From assembly GCA_964252035.1 (NCBI GenBank), contig OZ176205.1: DNA of 64,000 bases; one strand, 5' to 3'. This stretch comes from Podarcis erhardii (Eukaryota). The notes under the pieces were generated by a model. It worked only from the letters and a program-made list of their open reading frames with translations. It had not been told where the DNA came from and did no database searches. Positions 22,964 to 37,900 of the stretch are shown piece after piece (positions within the stretch are counted from its first letter, which is position 1; each line of letters begins with the position of its first letter). The position numbers and the translations under genes are program-made.

Positions 22964-25900
22964 CTAGGAAGAACAGAGCAAAGGATTGGGAGGTTAGAAA
23001 AGGCACAATGCACAATGGAAAGGGGCATTTCTGTGGCAGAAAAGGATTCACCACCCCACTTGCTCAACTTCCTGGTAATCTGTCTGGAACAGCGTGTCAG
23101 AGGAGGGGTTGGAGGCAGAGTTTACAATGGTTCTGGTCCTTTCTGGAGGATATGTGTAAATTGTTTTTAACTTATTGTAAAGTAGCTTGAGATTGCCCTA
23201 AAGGGCAGAGTGAAAATATATTTTAAAAAATCTTCATTGTCCAACTCTGTTCACACGCTCTTCAGCGCGCCCCAGGCTTCGGAATGCAGGCAGCTCTGCG
23301 CAAACTTTGGGAGCCCGGCGCAGAGCTGTGTGAAGCCCAGGAGCGCAGACAGCTCTGCGCAACCGTTGGGAGCCTGGCGTGAAGTCACGCCGGTCTCCCT
23401 CTCGCTCTCCAGGCTTCAGCAAAAGCCTGCATTCGCCCCATAGGACGCACACACATTTCCCCTTCATTTTTGGAGGGGGAAAAGTGCGTCCTATAGGGCG
23501 AAAAATACGTGTACTCATCCCGTTTTTGGATTTTGGATAAATACTGCAGGTTTTTGTCTATTTGGGAAAACCTACTAGCCTGCTTTATCAGAGGGGACAA
23601 GGCCCTAAGATATTAAACCACGTTTGTCTCTCTTGTGAAATGCTGTCTCCAGCCTTACTCTATTGCCGCACTTCTCACTGGCCAAAATTCACTAGTTTTG
23701 AAGTAAGACTATGAAGGAAACAAGTGATTTTCATCAGAGACTATGGGCATACAGAAAAGGGTTAATCTCCCTTCCATACACACTGTGTCTCCAAATGCTA
23801 AATGTGTTTCCTAAGTTGCCTACTCATGCAATAACTTCATTTTCTATTACTGTGTACTTTCCACTCAGTACACTATGAAATGGCATGCTAGTTTCATTCT
23901 AGGATCTGACTATCTTCCTGCTAAAGCCTGAGTGACAGCCCACTGCATTTCTCACCACAAAGTTTAAAAGGCTTTTAAATCCATGTTCTTGGCAGGGCAG
24001 ACAGTCCCTTTTAATTGATGAAATACACTTCGACAGCTCACCTAACTTTACAGGAAAACCCGGTGGTAGTTTCATCTGCACAAACTCCCGCAGTTTGTTA
24101 AAGTGCTTGAAGGGTGCAATTACTTCTAAAACATTCAATAACCTGGGGGAGAAACACACACATGTAACAATTTCATCTCTTAGCAGCTTTAGGATTTACC
24201 CACACACTCCTAATCAGTGTACTGTAAGAAAAAGAGAGGTGTCATCTCAGCAAATCACTGCAAACTGAGCCAAGACACATGCCGAGGGAAAGACGCTATT
24301 GTTCATGGCCACTGAATCAAATCAAGTAATTACACTGAACCATTTTTGTTAGCACAATGTAGGTCAAGCAAGAGTAAGCTAAATAGTCCCACATAACTTT
24401 GGTCCAATGCACCTCAGAGACAGTCACAACTGAGCATTCAAACTGCAGCGAGCTTCACATGACTTGGTAGGAGGATTTCCAGATTGTTTTTCCTTTGGGT
24501 AAAACTGAGTTTTAGCACTCATTTATTTTATGTTAGGTGAGTTTTAAATCTCAGGATTTCAATAGGTTTCGAAACTTAAACTTATTAAGAACTCCGGTAG
24601 TAAAGCGTCAAGCTTAAAACAAGCTTCCTTTTGAATCGTAACAGGAAGAATCTTCCAAAATTCCAGTTTAGGAACTTTTCTTTATAGATGTCGGAAAACT
24701 TCCCATCAGGGCACACAAATAATAAAAAGATCTAGAAAAGCATCACACTTCAAAAACTAGACATTTCCAAGTCACTATATATTCCGAATATCTCTCATTA
24801 ATTTTTTCCACATCTCCTCCACAGCATCTATGTAAGTGGCTAACTTATTCAGATCATAAGTAGAGTGAATGTACTAGTATGGGTACACTGCTGAAAGGAT
24901 TCAGAACCCAACATGTTGCTTACAAGACCTCCAGTGGCCATTCTTGCAGGGGTTCATTAACTTCCATAACTTCAACCCCACCCTTACGATTCCTATTCCT
25001 TGTCCCACAATCCTCCTAGCCAAAGTTCAACCTCCTTCACCCCAGATTTTTCTTCTACTTGAAAAAGTTGCCAAAACATGGAAAGCTCTTTGGCTCTTAG
25101 ATGCAGAATAAATCATACACACTTCATTTTTTTATATAGATTTGAGAACAGAACACAGAGGACTTGAGACACCTGGATAAAATCTGAGAACTTTACATTT
25201 AAGAATATTGGAGAAACTACAAAAGAATTGGATCATTGTAGAGGTGAACCTATGGCAGGCAACATGTTTTCCCATTTATTCTATGACAATGTATTATACT
25301 GCAGTCTTTGGAACAAGCAAAATTTTATACATATCAGCGTATTTTAGCTAAATCACATGCCCTTTCAGAAACTTTTGTAGTGGACAGTTTGAGACTTACG
25401 ATTCAATTCCTAGAGGAAATTCTTGGCTCATGGCTATTGTGGCTTTAAATGTTTTCTTGCTTTCTTTGCAGACCAGTTCCCTACCCAAATGAGGTGCTCT
25501 AAGTTAAAGAAAATAAAAATTAAAACCTCCCTAGAGACATAATTTATAAAAACAATAAGAAATTGGAATGCATTTCTCTTGTGCAGGAAAACAAGTTGAC
25601 AGAAGTTGTTTAATGATGCCTGGAAGAGTTCAGATAGCAAAAACTGCCAAAGCAGGCAAGCTGCCCAGGCACTAACAGATTAAAGCAACTGAACAGAAGT
25701 CTGTAGAAAAGAGAAATATATAAATAAACATACACACGTTGGCCGGATGATTTCACAAAGTTAAGAATCTAGGACTAGGATCTAAAAAGCTATTCAGATG
25801 AGCCCAAGGGGAATTTGTCTTTTGACTTTGAAGAGCAAACCCTCATACCGTTTCAAAAACATTTTGCAAGTGTGGCATGGAGCCAAATGGTCATGATAAC

Positions 25901-28900
25901 TAGTTTAATAGTTCTTTCCATACTGGCCATGGGACACTAAAATGGAAATAGTGTGGAAGCCTTAAAAAAAAAGGGGGGGGGGAGAGAAGGAATAGATACC
26001 ATCATGTTACTTTCTAATTTCTGTGATCAAACAACTTCTGCTGGACCAATGTGTAAATATGGAAGAAATTCATACTGAAACAGACTGTCTTCCTTGAGTG
26101 CAATTTTGTTTAGAAACTTAGAACTGTTCTTTAATATTTACATTTAAACTTGTACATTTGGGATTGGATCTAGAGATATCTTTCCACAAAGAAAAGGGCT
26201 CCCTCAAATCTTGGAAGGAAGTGAGATCCAGCAAAAAGTCTCATTAGAATTCACTCTTCCTCATGAAGCCCACAGTGCCCTGTCCCGTGGTGGGATAATG
26301 TTTGGGTGTCTCCCACTCTCCACAGCATCTTCCCATGGAGCTGTGGGAGGGTGGGAGGAATTGGCAAAAACATCTCCCCCATCCTCTCCAGTTGGAGATG
26401 CTGCTGGAATGCTGGAGCCAACCCTCTGAATAGTGTTAAGAAAGATATCGCATTCTAAAATTTACAAGTAAGGACACACTGAGGCATCTGAAAAATATCC
26501 AGAGTCATCCAAAGCTCTCCAAGTCCATCAATATTAGAGACTTATCATCTTGTGTTTAGTCAAGCCTTCATGACCATTTCACCCCAAACCCATGAAACTC
26601 CAAAATGAAGAGACCACTTCTGATTTGGTCAAGCATGTGGAAAAGTAAAAACAACAAGGCATATATAATCAGTTTAAGATGTTATTAAAACAAAGACAAT
26701 AGCATGAGTTGAGGGTTAAATAGCAGTCTTGTCACAGTTAAAGTCTAGGATGAAAAAGGCTTTGATTTGATGCCACTAATACTGACCAAATTCGAGATAG
26801 CTGCTTTAGCTCTAGTAATGACAATAATATTATGTACATGGAATAGGAGTTTCATTCAACAGCATTCTGACATGCACATCCCAGTCTACACACATTATCA
26901 AATCATCCTTCAAAAGCTGTTTGCTATAGGGTGCGGAACGCTGCTTTTCATGAAACCATTTGGAGCTCAGGAGTAGTTTTATGGATCTCTGGATAAGTAG
27001 ATCTTATCATACACTTTTCTTCAAGATAAATCACACCAAATATAAAGGACATATCTGATTCCCATGAGAAAGGGACTGATTTTACACCATCGAAATCAAT
27101 GGGACCTAAACGCATTGGGGTCAGTCCGTAAAATCTAAAACCCGTGTGTGCAACTTTAGGCAGACATTTCTATTTTCAAATAAATAAGGCTTTACTGCAG
27201 CAATAGGAAGAATGGTTTCATATATTCATCTTTGTTCTCAATTCTATACTAAATATTTCAAATGACTACCTATGAGGTGAGCCAAGGACAGCACCTTATG
27301 CAAAAAAATTGGGTGCCATGGCTGGTTTCACAGATAATTAAATTTCACAGGTGTGCACTTTTAAACCCCAATAAAGGCCCAGAGCTGATGATATTTGATT
27401 CCTTCATGCATTCTGATTGAAAAGATACTCTCATTGCAGAAATTGCTTGTATGCTTCCAATGAAAATAAACTAATATATAAAACTAAATATATTGAGAAA
27501 CACAATTTTAATTTTAAAAAAGCTTGAAAAATAGGAGGTTTTGATTCCCTGTAATTATTATTTTATAATTGTATTTATACGGCTGGCATCTGTCTTTCTT
27601 GGGAGACAATGGGAAAGTGTGCCTTCGGGGGTGAAGGCATATTTATATAATGCTTATATCTTGCCTTTTCCCCAGACCAAGACTCAAGGCAGCTCGCAGA
27701 TAATATAGGAAAAGCTAAAAACACAGAAGAGTACAGTGGTACCTCGGGTTAAGTACTTAATTCGTTCTGGAGGTCCGTTCTTAACCTGAAACTGTTCTTA
27801 ACCTGTAGCACCACTTTAACTAATGGGACCTCCTGCTGCTGCCGCGCCGCCGGAGCACAATTTCTGTTCTCATCCTGAAGCAAAGTTCTTAACCTGAAGC
27901 ACTATTTCTGGGTTAGCGGAGTCTGTAACCTGAAGCGTATGTAACCCGAGGTACCACTGTAATGCCAAATAAAATGCACATGTAGGATTTAACCCAGGAA
28001 TTACACACACTATGGGCTTCTGCTCATGGAAGGGACCCTGATTCAGTCAAAACTCATGCCTGGTGAAAAGAAAAGGTAACATTCACCAGTTCTTCCTCCC
28101 CCCTGAAGCCTGCAGCGCCACCTCCTAGAACAGGGGTCAGCAAACTAAGGCCCCTGAGCCAGATCAGGCCCACTTGGGTCCTAAATCCGGCCCGCTCCGC
28201 AAAGCCGGAACCCGCCACGAAGCCAAGACTCCCGGCGATGGCGGCAGCTCCTCTGCCACTCAAATGCCTGGTTTACCTCACTGGTGTTTGATTGGCAGAG
28301 ACGTCCCTGTGCCGCACTGAGGTAAACCAGGCACAGCGTTTGATTGGTAGAGCCTCCACCACTTGGCCTCTTCCTCCCATCCGCCGGGAGTCTCGGCTTC
28401 GTGGCGGGTTCTGGCTTCATGGCACGGCCTCTTCCTCCCGCCGCCGCCGCCCTGGTGCTCCTGTGGGCCAGAGAGCGGAGCGGACGAGCTCGCTCTGCCT
28501 ACCCACGAGAAGCGATGGCGGGGAGGAGGATTATTTGCCCCCCCTCGCCTCTTCTTCCAGCTCCTCCGCCCCAGGTGCTGCATCTCCGGCCTGCCACAAG
28601 GTCTGAGGGACAGTGGACCAGCCCACAGCTAAGGTCCTCCCTGGGCGACATTTCACAGGGCACAGGGAAAGAAGGAATCGGTGAAAAATAATCTCCCTCC
28701 TCCCAGTGGAGTGTCTCGTGAAAATAACTCAATTCATGTGAAACCCTGATCCAACCCATTATGTTTTGAAAACGACATTAAGTATATACGTAGCAGCGAC
28801 TATATACACACACTATATGTATTTAATACTCACTTTCCATTTTCAGCAGATATGTACTCCTCCCATGTAATTGTGTTTGGTGGAGGTGGAGTAAGAGACT

Positions 28901-31900
28901 GCCTCCTGACAGGCTGTTAAAGAAAACAAATGAGAATTATTTGTAAATCAAAGCACTTTACTACTTAGTAGGCTACCATCATCTCGTCTAAAAGAACATC
29001 TGTGTCTCATGCTTCCTCCAACATTTGCCAATCTGAAGAAGAGTAAATTGGGGCTAATTCAACATTAGAACACTGCACTCCTGACAAATGAACAGCAACC
29101 AATCATTTAGACATGAAACAGAAATGTACACTTGTTAGCATGCCTGAAGAGCTGCGTAAAAAAATGTAAGCATTTCTTAAGGATAGCCACCTGCAAAAGA
29201 AATACTTTTTGTCTCCCCCAGATAAATCACAAGCATCAAGACAAGAGCAAACCTTGGCTATAACTCCTGGACTGTCTTGGAACAAGACAAACCATGTGCC
29301 TAGGTTTGGCTGTAACGCTAAGCCAGACCATGGCTTAAGCTCTAGCTGGTGTGGCAGCCAGAGGACTGGGAGTGGACCGAAGTGGTCACGATTTCTGCTG
29401 TGAGTACCTGCACACTTGCACATTCACACTCAGCAATGGCTTGGCTTAGCATTACATGTGAACTAGGCCAGCAAAAGGTCATCTGTTGTTAAATGTTCAA
29501 TTTAAACAGAATTTTTAACTGTACCTCAAAATTTTGTTCCATCAAGTTTCCACCTTTACTCAAGCTTTCCATAATAGCCTTGTTTCGAAGAATATCTTCC
29601 TCACTGAGATGTTCCCGTCTTTTCCTTGATTCTAAGACAAGTCCATTAACCAGGTAGAAGTCTGCCAAAAAGTTTCCTACCCTTTCCTGCAAACACACAA
29701 AAATAAAACACATGAAGTATTTGAGCCAAAATGCAAAACTTCTACTGAAGCTCACCTAGTCTTTTCATTTATTGTCTACCTGCCAACTGCTTATGTTCTT
29801 GCCCCTAATGTCACATTTTTATATATTTCACTCACTTTTCTTATAACCCTAACTTTTAACATCCTCCCTTCTCCCAATCCGGATGACTGGGAAAGCAAAA
29901 CCGACAACCTATATGTCTGTCCCACGTTTCACCTGCCTTACAGACGTCTTCCCTGGGGCACACTAGCACAGGATGGATGGATGTCTTAAAATAGTTATTA
30001 AAAAGTCTTACTGTTTTATCTTCTCGAAAAAGCCATCCTGTTTGGGCACGTGTGAAGGTGATTGATTTGGTTGATAATGTTGCTGAATAAATATCGCTGC
30101 TCATCAAAATGTCAACTTCCTCCTCTGTTTCCATCTCAGATTCCTGAAAAAAAGGAAGAATATTAATTGTGGTTTGTTTGTTTGTTTTTTAAAAAAACAA
30201 CCCAAATTATTTAAACAGATTTGTTATCCTCTCCCTGTCCAATTTCTGCCTGAAATAAATAGAAGCCTTCCAGTAATAATTCCATTAGGTAGCAGTCTTA
30301 ACCACTGTATGAGTACACCATATCTCCCATTGATATACATTCTCAGGTACAAGATTACTCTCCATTTCAGCTTCTTTCTAAAGCTACACATTCACATGTT
30401 GCCTTTGGAAACCTTCTGCGTAAAGTAGTCTTCTGCAGCCTTCTGATTTCTCAGACCCTAGATGTACATCGTATTACTGTCACTGCTACGTAAGTAATAA
30501 ATATATTTTGGGAGGACATTAGCAATCCATATGGGAAAGGAGTTTAATATTGTTTGCAGCAGAACTGTTAAGCAACTAGGTATCCTGCAAAGCAATACTA
30601 AACATAAGAGAAAAAACGGCAGTGGAATTATAGCCCTCCTCCATACATATCTACTGTGTTCAATGGAAGAGCTCCCAAGTAAGGGCACAGAGGACTGCAG
30701 CATTACATGTCTGATACAGGAATGACAATATCTTGCAACTACCTTGTACATTTTTAAAACAAGTCATTTATTTGGGGCACAAAACAGCAGGAAACATTTT
30801 TTGCTTTGTTTTTGAGTAGCATTGTGAAAGATTTTACTAGCGGTGCTGCAGCTTACCTCGTGATGTATTCGCTGGTAAACTTTTTGTTCGTTGTCTAAAA
30901 CTACGAAGGATTCAGAGGGTGCAGCATCACCGTTGAAAATGAAGCTCAAGTCCCCTCGTTGGCACTTCATGTCAGTAAAATCTATGAGTGTTGTGTCAAG
31001 CCTGGGGGAGGGGGGAACATTCCAATACTTCAGCTGATCCAGAATATTAGTTCACAAAATTGTACTAATAACCAATGAGATTTGATTATTTTTTTTAGAA
31101 GCAAGATTTGAAACAGAGATCAGCCCTGTTTGGGTGTGCTATCTGTGTGCAAAGGCAACATACAAGCAGGGATGAGTGTGCTAAGATCTGCCCCCTGCAT
31201 TACTCTGCCCATCACCCTCCAAAAGAAGAGGGTAAGGTATGAAGCAGGGAGCCTCCTCTACTCATGGAGTAAACTTACTACTCATGGAGTAGACTTACTA
31301 CTCATGGAGTAATTTAGAACCCTGCACAACTGGGGTCGCCTACAACCCTTGAAATGACTTTTAACCATCCGCTGAATGGGGTGGGCTAAAATGTGACAGA
31401 AGGCAGCAAAAACTGTGTGGCCACCTTCAGCGAGAAGAGCTTCTGCTCACAGAAGATGCCTCTAACCAATTTTTAGCGATCATTTCTCTTGCCCGCTTTC
31501 CCCACAGCATCCTGTGCTACAGCCCAGCGAGGTCTCCTGACTGCTGGGAGAGGCAGGGATGAGGCAGCTCACTCCCTTCCATGCGGATTTCATTGCATAC
31601 AACCCAAAATATACAACAAGATCTTGTCCTATCAAATCTTTTGAGTCTCCACCAAGAGAAAATATTCCTACAACAGAGAACTTCTGCCACCACTACTATG
31701 CAAGTTCTGTTCAGAGAATTCTAGTAAATTCACAAGATCAGAGCAGGTAAGTCTGAGAAGTTTAGCTTTAGCAGAAGAACAAACTTGCTGATGGTACATG
31801 TCTGAATAGGGAATTCCTGTATATGAAAAATTCTCCACACACAGTACAATAAGATGAATTTTAACAGCTAACAGTAGTGCTGAAATCTCACTCAGATAAG

Positions 31901-34900
31901 AAGGTAGTGCAAAATTTCCATTGGATTAAGCATGTAGCCAGACCGAAAAGTTTATTTTGCTTCTTTCAGTATTACACAAAATATATATTCCATTTATTTT
32001 AAAAGTTAGCAAGACGTGGAAATTTCTCTTTGACAAAAACCTGCTTAAATAGCAACATCTTTAGTTAAAAAGAAACCCAAAGTCATCTTGACTTGTTTAG
32101 AATCATCCAATCACCTAACAGGCAGCTATGCCAATATTTGGCTACAGGTGTTTGTTTTAGAAGCAGCCATGCAATATTCACAGGATTTAAGGAGACTGTG
32201 CTGAAGATGGTCCCTAAGCAAGCACTAGCCTTAAAAAAGTCAAATACGTAATTCACAAAGGGGTAGAGCAAGCCACTTTACAGAATAAATCTTATTCATC
32301 ATTTGTCCAGTTGAGAGCTGAGAACATTAATTGTGAGAGAATCATGACTCTCAATAAAAGGCATTTCAGTAATGAGTTAATAGTCAGCTCACACTAACAT
32401 CACATCACAGCACCTGGGATAAAGCGGCAAAACATGCACAACTCCATTTATCTGGAGATTCCCAATTATGAGCAGGCCAACAATGTAAACACAGCTATGC
32501 AGACCACTGGTAACTCTTGTACAGTTATCTTCTTTAAATAATTTTTTTTTTTGTAATAAACTCCAATACTTGTAGAGTTTCTTTAAAGAGTTCAAGCTCA
32601 TGAGCCCAACTCCACATCAGCAGGGGGCTGTGCAATTTTCCCTCTTAGTTGCAACTCCTTACACCATGTTAAATGCCACTCTGCAGGGCAACGGTTTGGA
32701 ACATTAAGGTGACTGCAAAGGAAACACAGATCAAAAGGCTCTGTGAATGTGCAGTGCGCGGCCTCTACATCTTATCCTCCTCACCCACATCACAACAGGG
32801 TATGAAATTTGGAAATGCATGAAGACATTGGCAACAGAATTAAAACTCAATATTTTAACATCATTACACTTAGTACAGTCCAGGGATGGGTAATTTGTAG
32901 TCCTTCAGATGTTGTTAACTACAACTCACATCAACCCCAGTAAGCATGGTTACTGGTAAAGGATCATGGGAGTCGAATTCCAGTAGCATCTGGAGGGCCA
33001 CAGGTTCCCCTTCCCCGGTGTAACTCTTCAAAGGTGAAGACTATTCTTACCTGATATTTATACCTTGTTTGTATATTTTACATGCATCAGAAGGCAGGAT
33101 TCGGGAAAGTAAAGGCACTGCATTTAGGGTAAAAACGACACCCTGTTACCATTAATGTCCTTCTAATGTATCCATTCAGCATTCAACACACAAAATAAAA
33201 AACTATCAACCAAATCATATATAAACACATCCAACAAAGCAACTAAAACAGAGCCATATGTAAAGCTATTAATCATGATAGCTGTATAGTACACCCAATG
33301 CCCACAGGCACCTTTCCTCCAAATACCAGTCACTGCAGATTAACAACACGAGAGGCCTATTGCTCCATGCCCTGCTTATATGGTTCCTAGAGGTATCTGG
33401 CTGACCACTGTGGAAAGCAGGATGCTGGATTAGACAGGCCTTCAGTCTGATCCAGCAGCTCCACTAGAATTGAAGCCGATAGAACTGTAAATAATTTGAA
33501 GAATGTAATCTCTTCCACCAAAAAGTGGCAAAACACATTTCAGTTGCTTGAATTATGACAAGTAGGATAGCACTTTTGATATTTTATGCTCAGCTGTCCA
33601 CGGAGGCACAGGTCAATTCTGTGTCCAGGGCGGCTGTCTACCAGCTCCATCTGGTACACTGGCCGAGACCCTACCTGCCTACACACTGTCTTGCCAGAGT
33701 GGTGCATGTTCTGGTTATCTCCCGCTTGGACTACTGCAATGCACTCCACATGGGGTTACCCAGAAACTACAACGAATCCAGAATGTGACTGCCAGAATGG
33801 TGACTCAGAGCAGCTGCTGGGACCATTTAACACCGGTTCTAAAAGATCTATATTGGCTCCCGGTACATTTCCAAGCACAATTCCAAGTGTTGGTGCTGAC
33901 CTTTAAAACCCTTAACGGCCTTGGCCCTCAAGGAGTGTCTCCACCCCCATCATTCAGCCCAGACACTGAGATCTAGCTCCAAGGGCCTTCTGGTGGTTCC
34001 CTCACTGCGGGGAGGGAGGTTACAGGGAATCTAGAGAATGCTCCCAATCTCTTAAGGGACCAAGAAATATTACATCACCATCAAGCACTAACAAAATTAA
34101 CAAACACAAAGGGGCTGGATCCAAATGTCTTCAGTGGAACTCAAACTACTTGATGGTCCTGTGGGGAGGAGACTCTTCTTTTCCTCTGCAGCACCCTATG
34201 CCCCCCGAAAATATGATCCAAAGGGTTGGGTGACCTTCTGGAACCGTGTAGGAAGTGGCACTGGGCATGTAGAGGAAATCAACAAAAATTACATTTTCCT
34301 TTCATCTGCAGGAATAACCCAGCCACGAGTCCCCATGGGATCAGAGTCCCATCTGTGAACAGAAAGAACCTTTCGATTTGTGGAAGATGTCTGGATCAAA
34401 CTCCAACTATGTTTGTGCTTTTGCATAACTATCTACAACAAGTTTAGTACAGAAAATCCAATCATTTCAAATAACAAGTCTGTTCTGGAGAAATAAGTAT
34501 TTAGACTGGATAGCTCAGTTGGCAGAGCACAATACTCTTAATCTCAGGGTCATGGACAAAAAGATTCCTGCACTGCAGGGAGTTGGACTAGATGACGCTC
34601 GTGACCCCTTCCAACTCTACAACTATGATTTCCATAAATATCTTTAAAATCTTACCCCAACTTTGAAAATCCCAGTGAAGTTCAAGATAGAAGTCACCTA
34701 GCTGGAGAGAAAGAGAATTTTTGTTAAATGTTAAGAAACTAATGACTACTTTCATGTCCACCCACCCAGGAAATGCTAGCAACCATAACTTTCATTTGGA
34801 CATGCTAAACTTTGGGGTAAGTGTGTATTAATTGAAGATTTGATTTGCACACTTTTCACATTAACAGCTTTTTAAAAGAAGAAGAAGAAAAAGTGTAAAT

Positions 34901-37900
34901 TAGTCTTACTTGTTTTATCTACGGAAGTACAGAAGTAACACGATCAAAATAACAGCCCAAACTATACAATATCTGAATCAAGCTAACCTTGCAATCAAAT
35001 ATAATGTATAAATTATTTTACTACAACTACAACAGCTTGGCTTCTTAAAAGTTATTTTTCAAAGAGTAGCTATTTTTTTAGCAATACATTTCTCCTTTGA
35101 AAGCAGTCAGTGTATGTGACAATTTGTGATAGCTGCTCCTTAACCGAGAGCTTATGTTTGTAGAAAACGTCCTTCTGTGCAAGATAATAATCGCTATATG
35201 AAGCCATTCTTCTGAAGAGCTAGTTATTTCTGAAGCAAGGGAATCAAATGCTAGCTAAGCTAAACAACTTTGACCCAGATCAACAAAATGAGGAACCTGT
35301 GGCACCTCTTAAAGTACATGGGTGAGGGATACCTAGAAGCAGCTAATGTAGCTGGAGAACGCATGATATAACAGAAAAACTTGCTTTGAATTGGAGCCAC
35401 TGAGTTTATGTACCCAGTTTATGTACAAAGTTCTAAAACAGGCCTTCTCTGTCCATGGGAATTAGCATGACAAAACTGTCTCTCTCCTTATATGAATAAT
35501 TATGGTATGTTAGGAACTGATCTCTGGCTCACAGTTTAAATGCTATTCAAATATTTTAACATATTTACATCAGCTTCCAATTTCACTGCAACTTCAAAAT
35601 GCAGAAGCTACATGTAAACGAAGCATTATTAACTTGTCTTTAAAACCAAAATAGAAACATAATTTTTTCCACAGTGAAACTTAATTTTTAAAATCACAAT
35701 TACGATCCATAGCAGAGACTTAACACTAGAACTCCACACCCGGAATTTAGAACATACAACCCATAGGCCATATCCAGTCACCAAGCCCTTTCTCTAAGGA
35801 GGGAAGAGGTCACTGCTGCAAGGTAAGTCACTTACAGGTCGGTCATTCTAAGACACAGACAAGCAAGCAATATGCAATTCAGCCAGCAATTCCCAGAAAT
35901 AGAGGCCTGTGTTGAGTTGTTTTAATGAAGACACAATGGCAATCACACACAAATTGTTTGAAAAGTAATGACTCCATACTCTTCAATGTGGGTGGAAAAA
36001 TCCTTACAAACTTACCTCTTTCAGAGCTTTTAATAACCGAGGTCGCTTTTCCTCAACACTTTCCCTAGACTGTTGTTTCAGTTTCCTTAGAAGTGCTGTA
36101 ACTAAATAAATACACTGTAAGTCCAATGTAAAGGCAATCATGTTAAGCATCCACTAAGCTGGGAGCTGCCTTTACCTTTTGTAATGGCTGGTGGCAAAAG
36201 AGAAATCAGCATCAATTGCAGGGCCACCTCTACTGCCGGCAGAGAAGCAGCGTCAGCATCAGCACCAATTACAGGTGAGATCTTGCTGGAATCGCACAAG
36301 ATCTTGCACCCTCCACAAGATTTCACATAATTTTGGATGATACTGGTGCCGCTTCTGCAGCATGGGCAGGGTGCCCATGGGGCTGCCATACTGGGGGCTT
36401 CTGCCACCTGAGACAGCCGCCATAGTCTGCCTAATGGCAGAGGCGGCTCTGGTCAATTAGTAGCTTTTCGAGCTTTTCGTTACTTAAGCAGTATTGTCAA
36501 ATAAATAAAACAAAGTTCAGTCAAGTAAACTGACAACAGTAGGCCATATACTACCATTCAGAGACAAATATACAAAGCTTCCATGGGGCAAGTGAAAGAT
36601 CTCGGAATACTAGGTGTTTCAGTGTTACTGAAAGTGTGATCTAATCCATAATCTGGATCAAAGACCACTGGGAGTCTCATAAACATGCACAAAGCCAACA
36701 TGAGTGCTTTCCCTAAGAGTTTGCCTTTTGGAAATGAAGCAGTTACAGCAATGTTGTTTCCTCTTCAAAACCTCTGGCATACAATTCCTAGACTGTTTTC
36801 TGAAGGAATTTAAACAAAAATTTGGGGGTTCTGTAGGGGAGTTTTCATTAAGACATTTCCAAATTCAGGTACAAACATGCTCCTCCCAGCTTTGACCATA
36901 ATGCTAATGCTCCTTATGCTTAAAATAATCCCTCATTTAAGTTCTGGAGCTGTACATCAACACACCATTGATCAGGCACACTCAACTGCTAACCTACAGC
37001 ATAACATTTGATATGCTATATTCTATTGCACTTGTATATAATTAAATGAATAAATCACCCATCCTGAACATTCTATGTAAGTAGCAATGCAAAAGTTGTA
37101 AATACAGCTTTGGAACATTACATGTAATAAATAAAAAAAATGATACGTACGTTATATTAAGCAAGAGTAGCTTGCATTTTAAATCAAACTCTCAGTAATT
37201 TGTGCCAAATAAAACTAAAAGTTTATATTTGAACTGAAAATGATATTCATTAGTCATGAAAGACTTTATCTTTACAAAAGCTCGAGAAGCAAGGTAAATC
37301 AAGCAAGTCAGGTTTTTATAATTTGGGAACATTTCAGTTGAGAAGCAGGATAATGTAGCACCACCACACTGCCTTCTTAAAGAATGAGAACTCCGAACAG
37401 CATGGATTTCAACACTTGCTGGTTGACTAACTCCTACCTAACAACAACAAAAGTGCAATGCTGCTCTTGATATAGTCATACTTATTGCTAGTGCCAGTGT
37501 AAACCTTAAACTATGATTATGACCAGGGATAATAGCTGAATGAGGAGGAGAGCTCCGGTGAGCAATTCCTGATCTAATAACCATAGTTAAGTGGTAGACA
37601 GTTTTATCTCTGCATCTATCCTAGTATTGGCATTGTTGTTGTTGCAATTTATTAACTGCCTTTCACTATGAGGTCCCAGGGTAGGCTACAGCAATTTAAA
37701 ATACAGTAATAAAAACAGAAAATTGTGGCTTAAATCATTTAAGGCTTGAATCACTAATATGAGGAGCTTGAGCTGGACCTGGAATAATCCTGCACAATCT
37801 GCAGAAAAGCCTAACATGAGCACTTGCCTTTACAAATTATCTCAAGATTAGGCGTTCATGATCTACAGTGGTACCTCTGGATGCGAACGGGGTCCATTCC

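Noticed and set aside
31258-31312. CRISPR-like palindromic direct repeats
   Set aside because: No spacers, only 20-bp abutting units, eukaryotic intron, no cas genes
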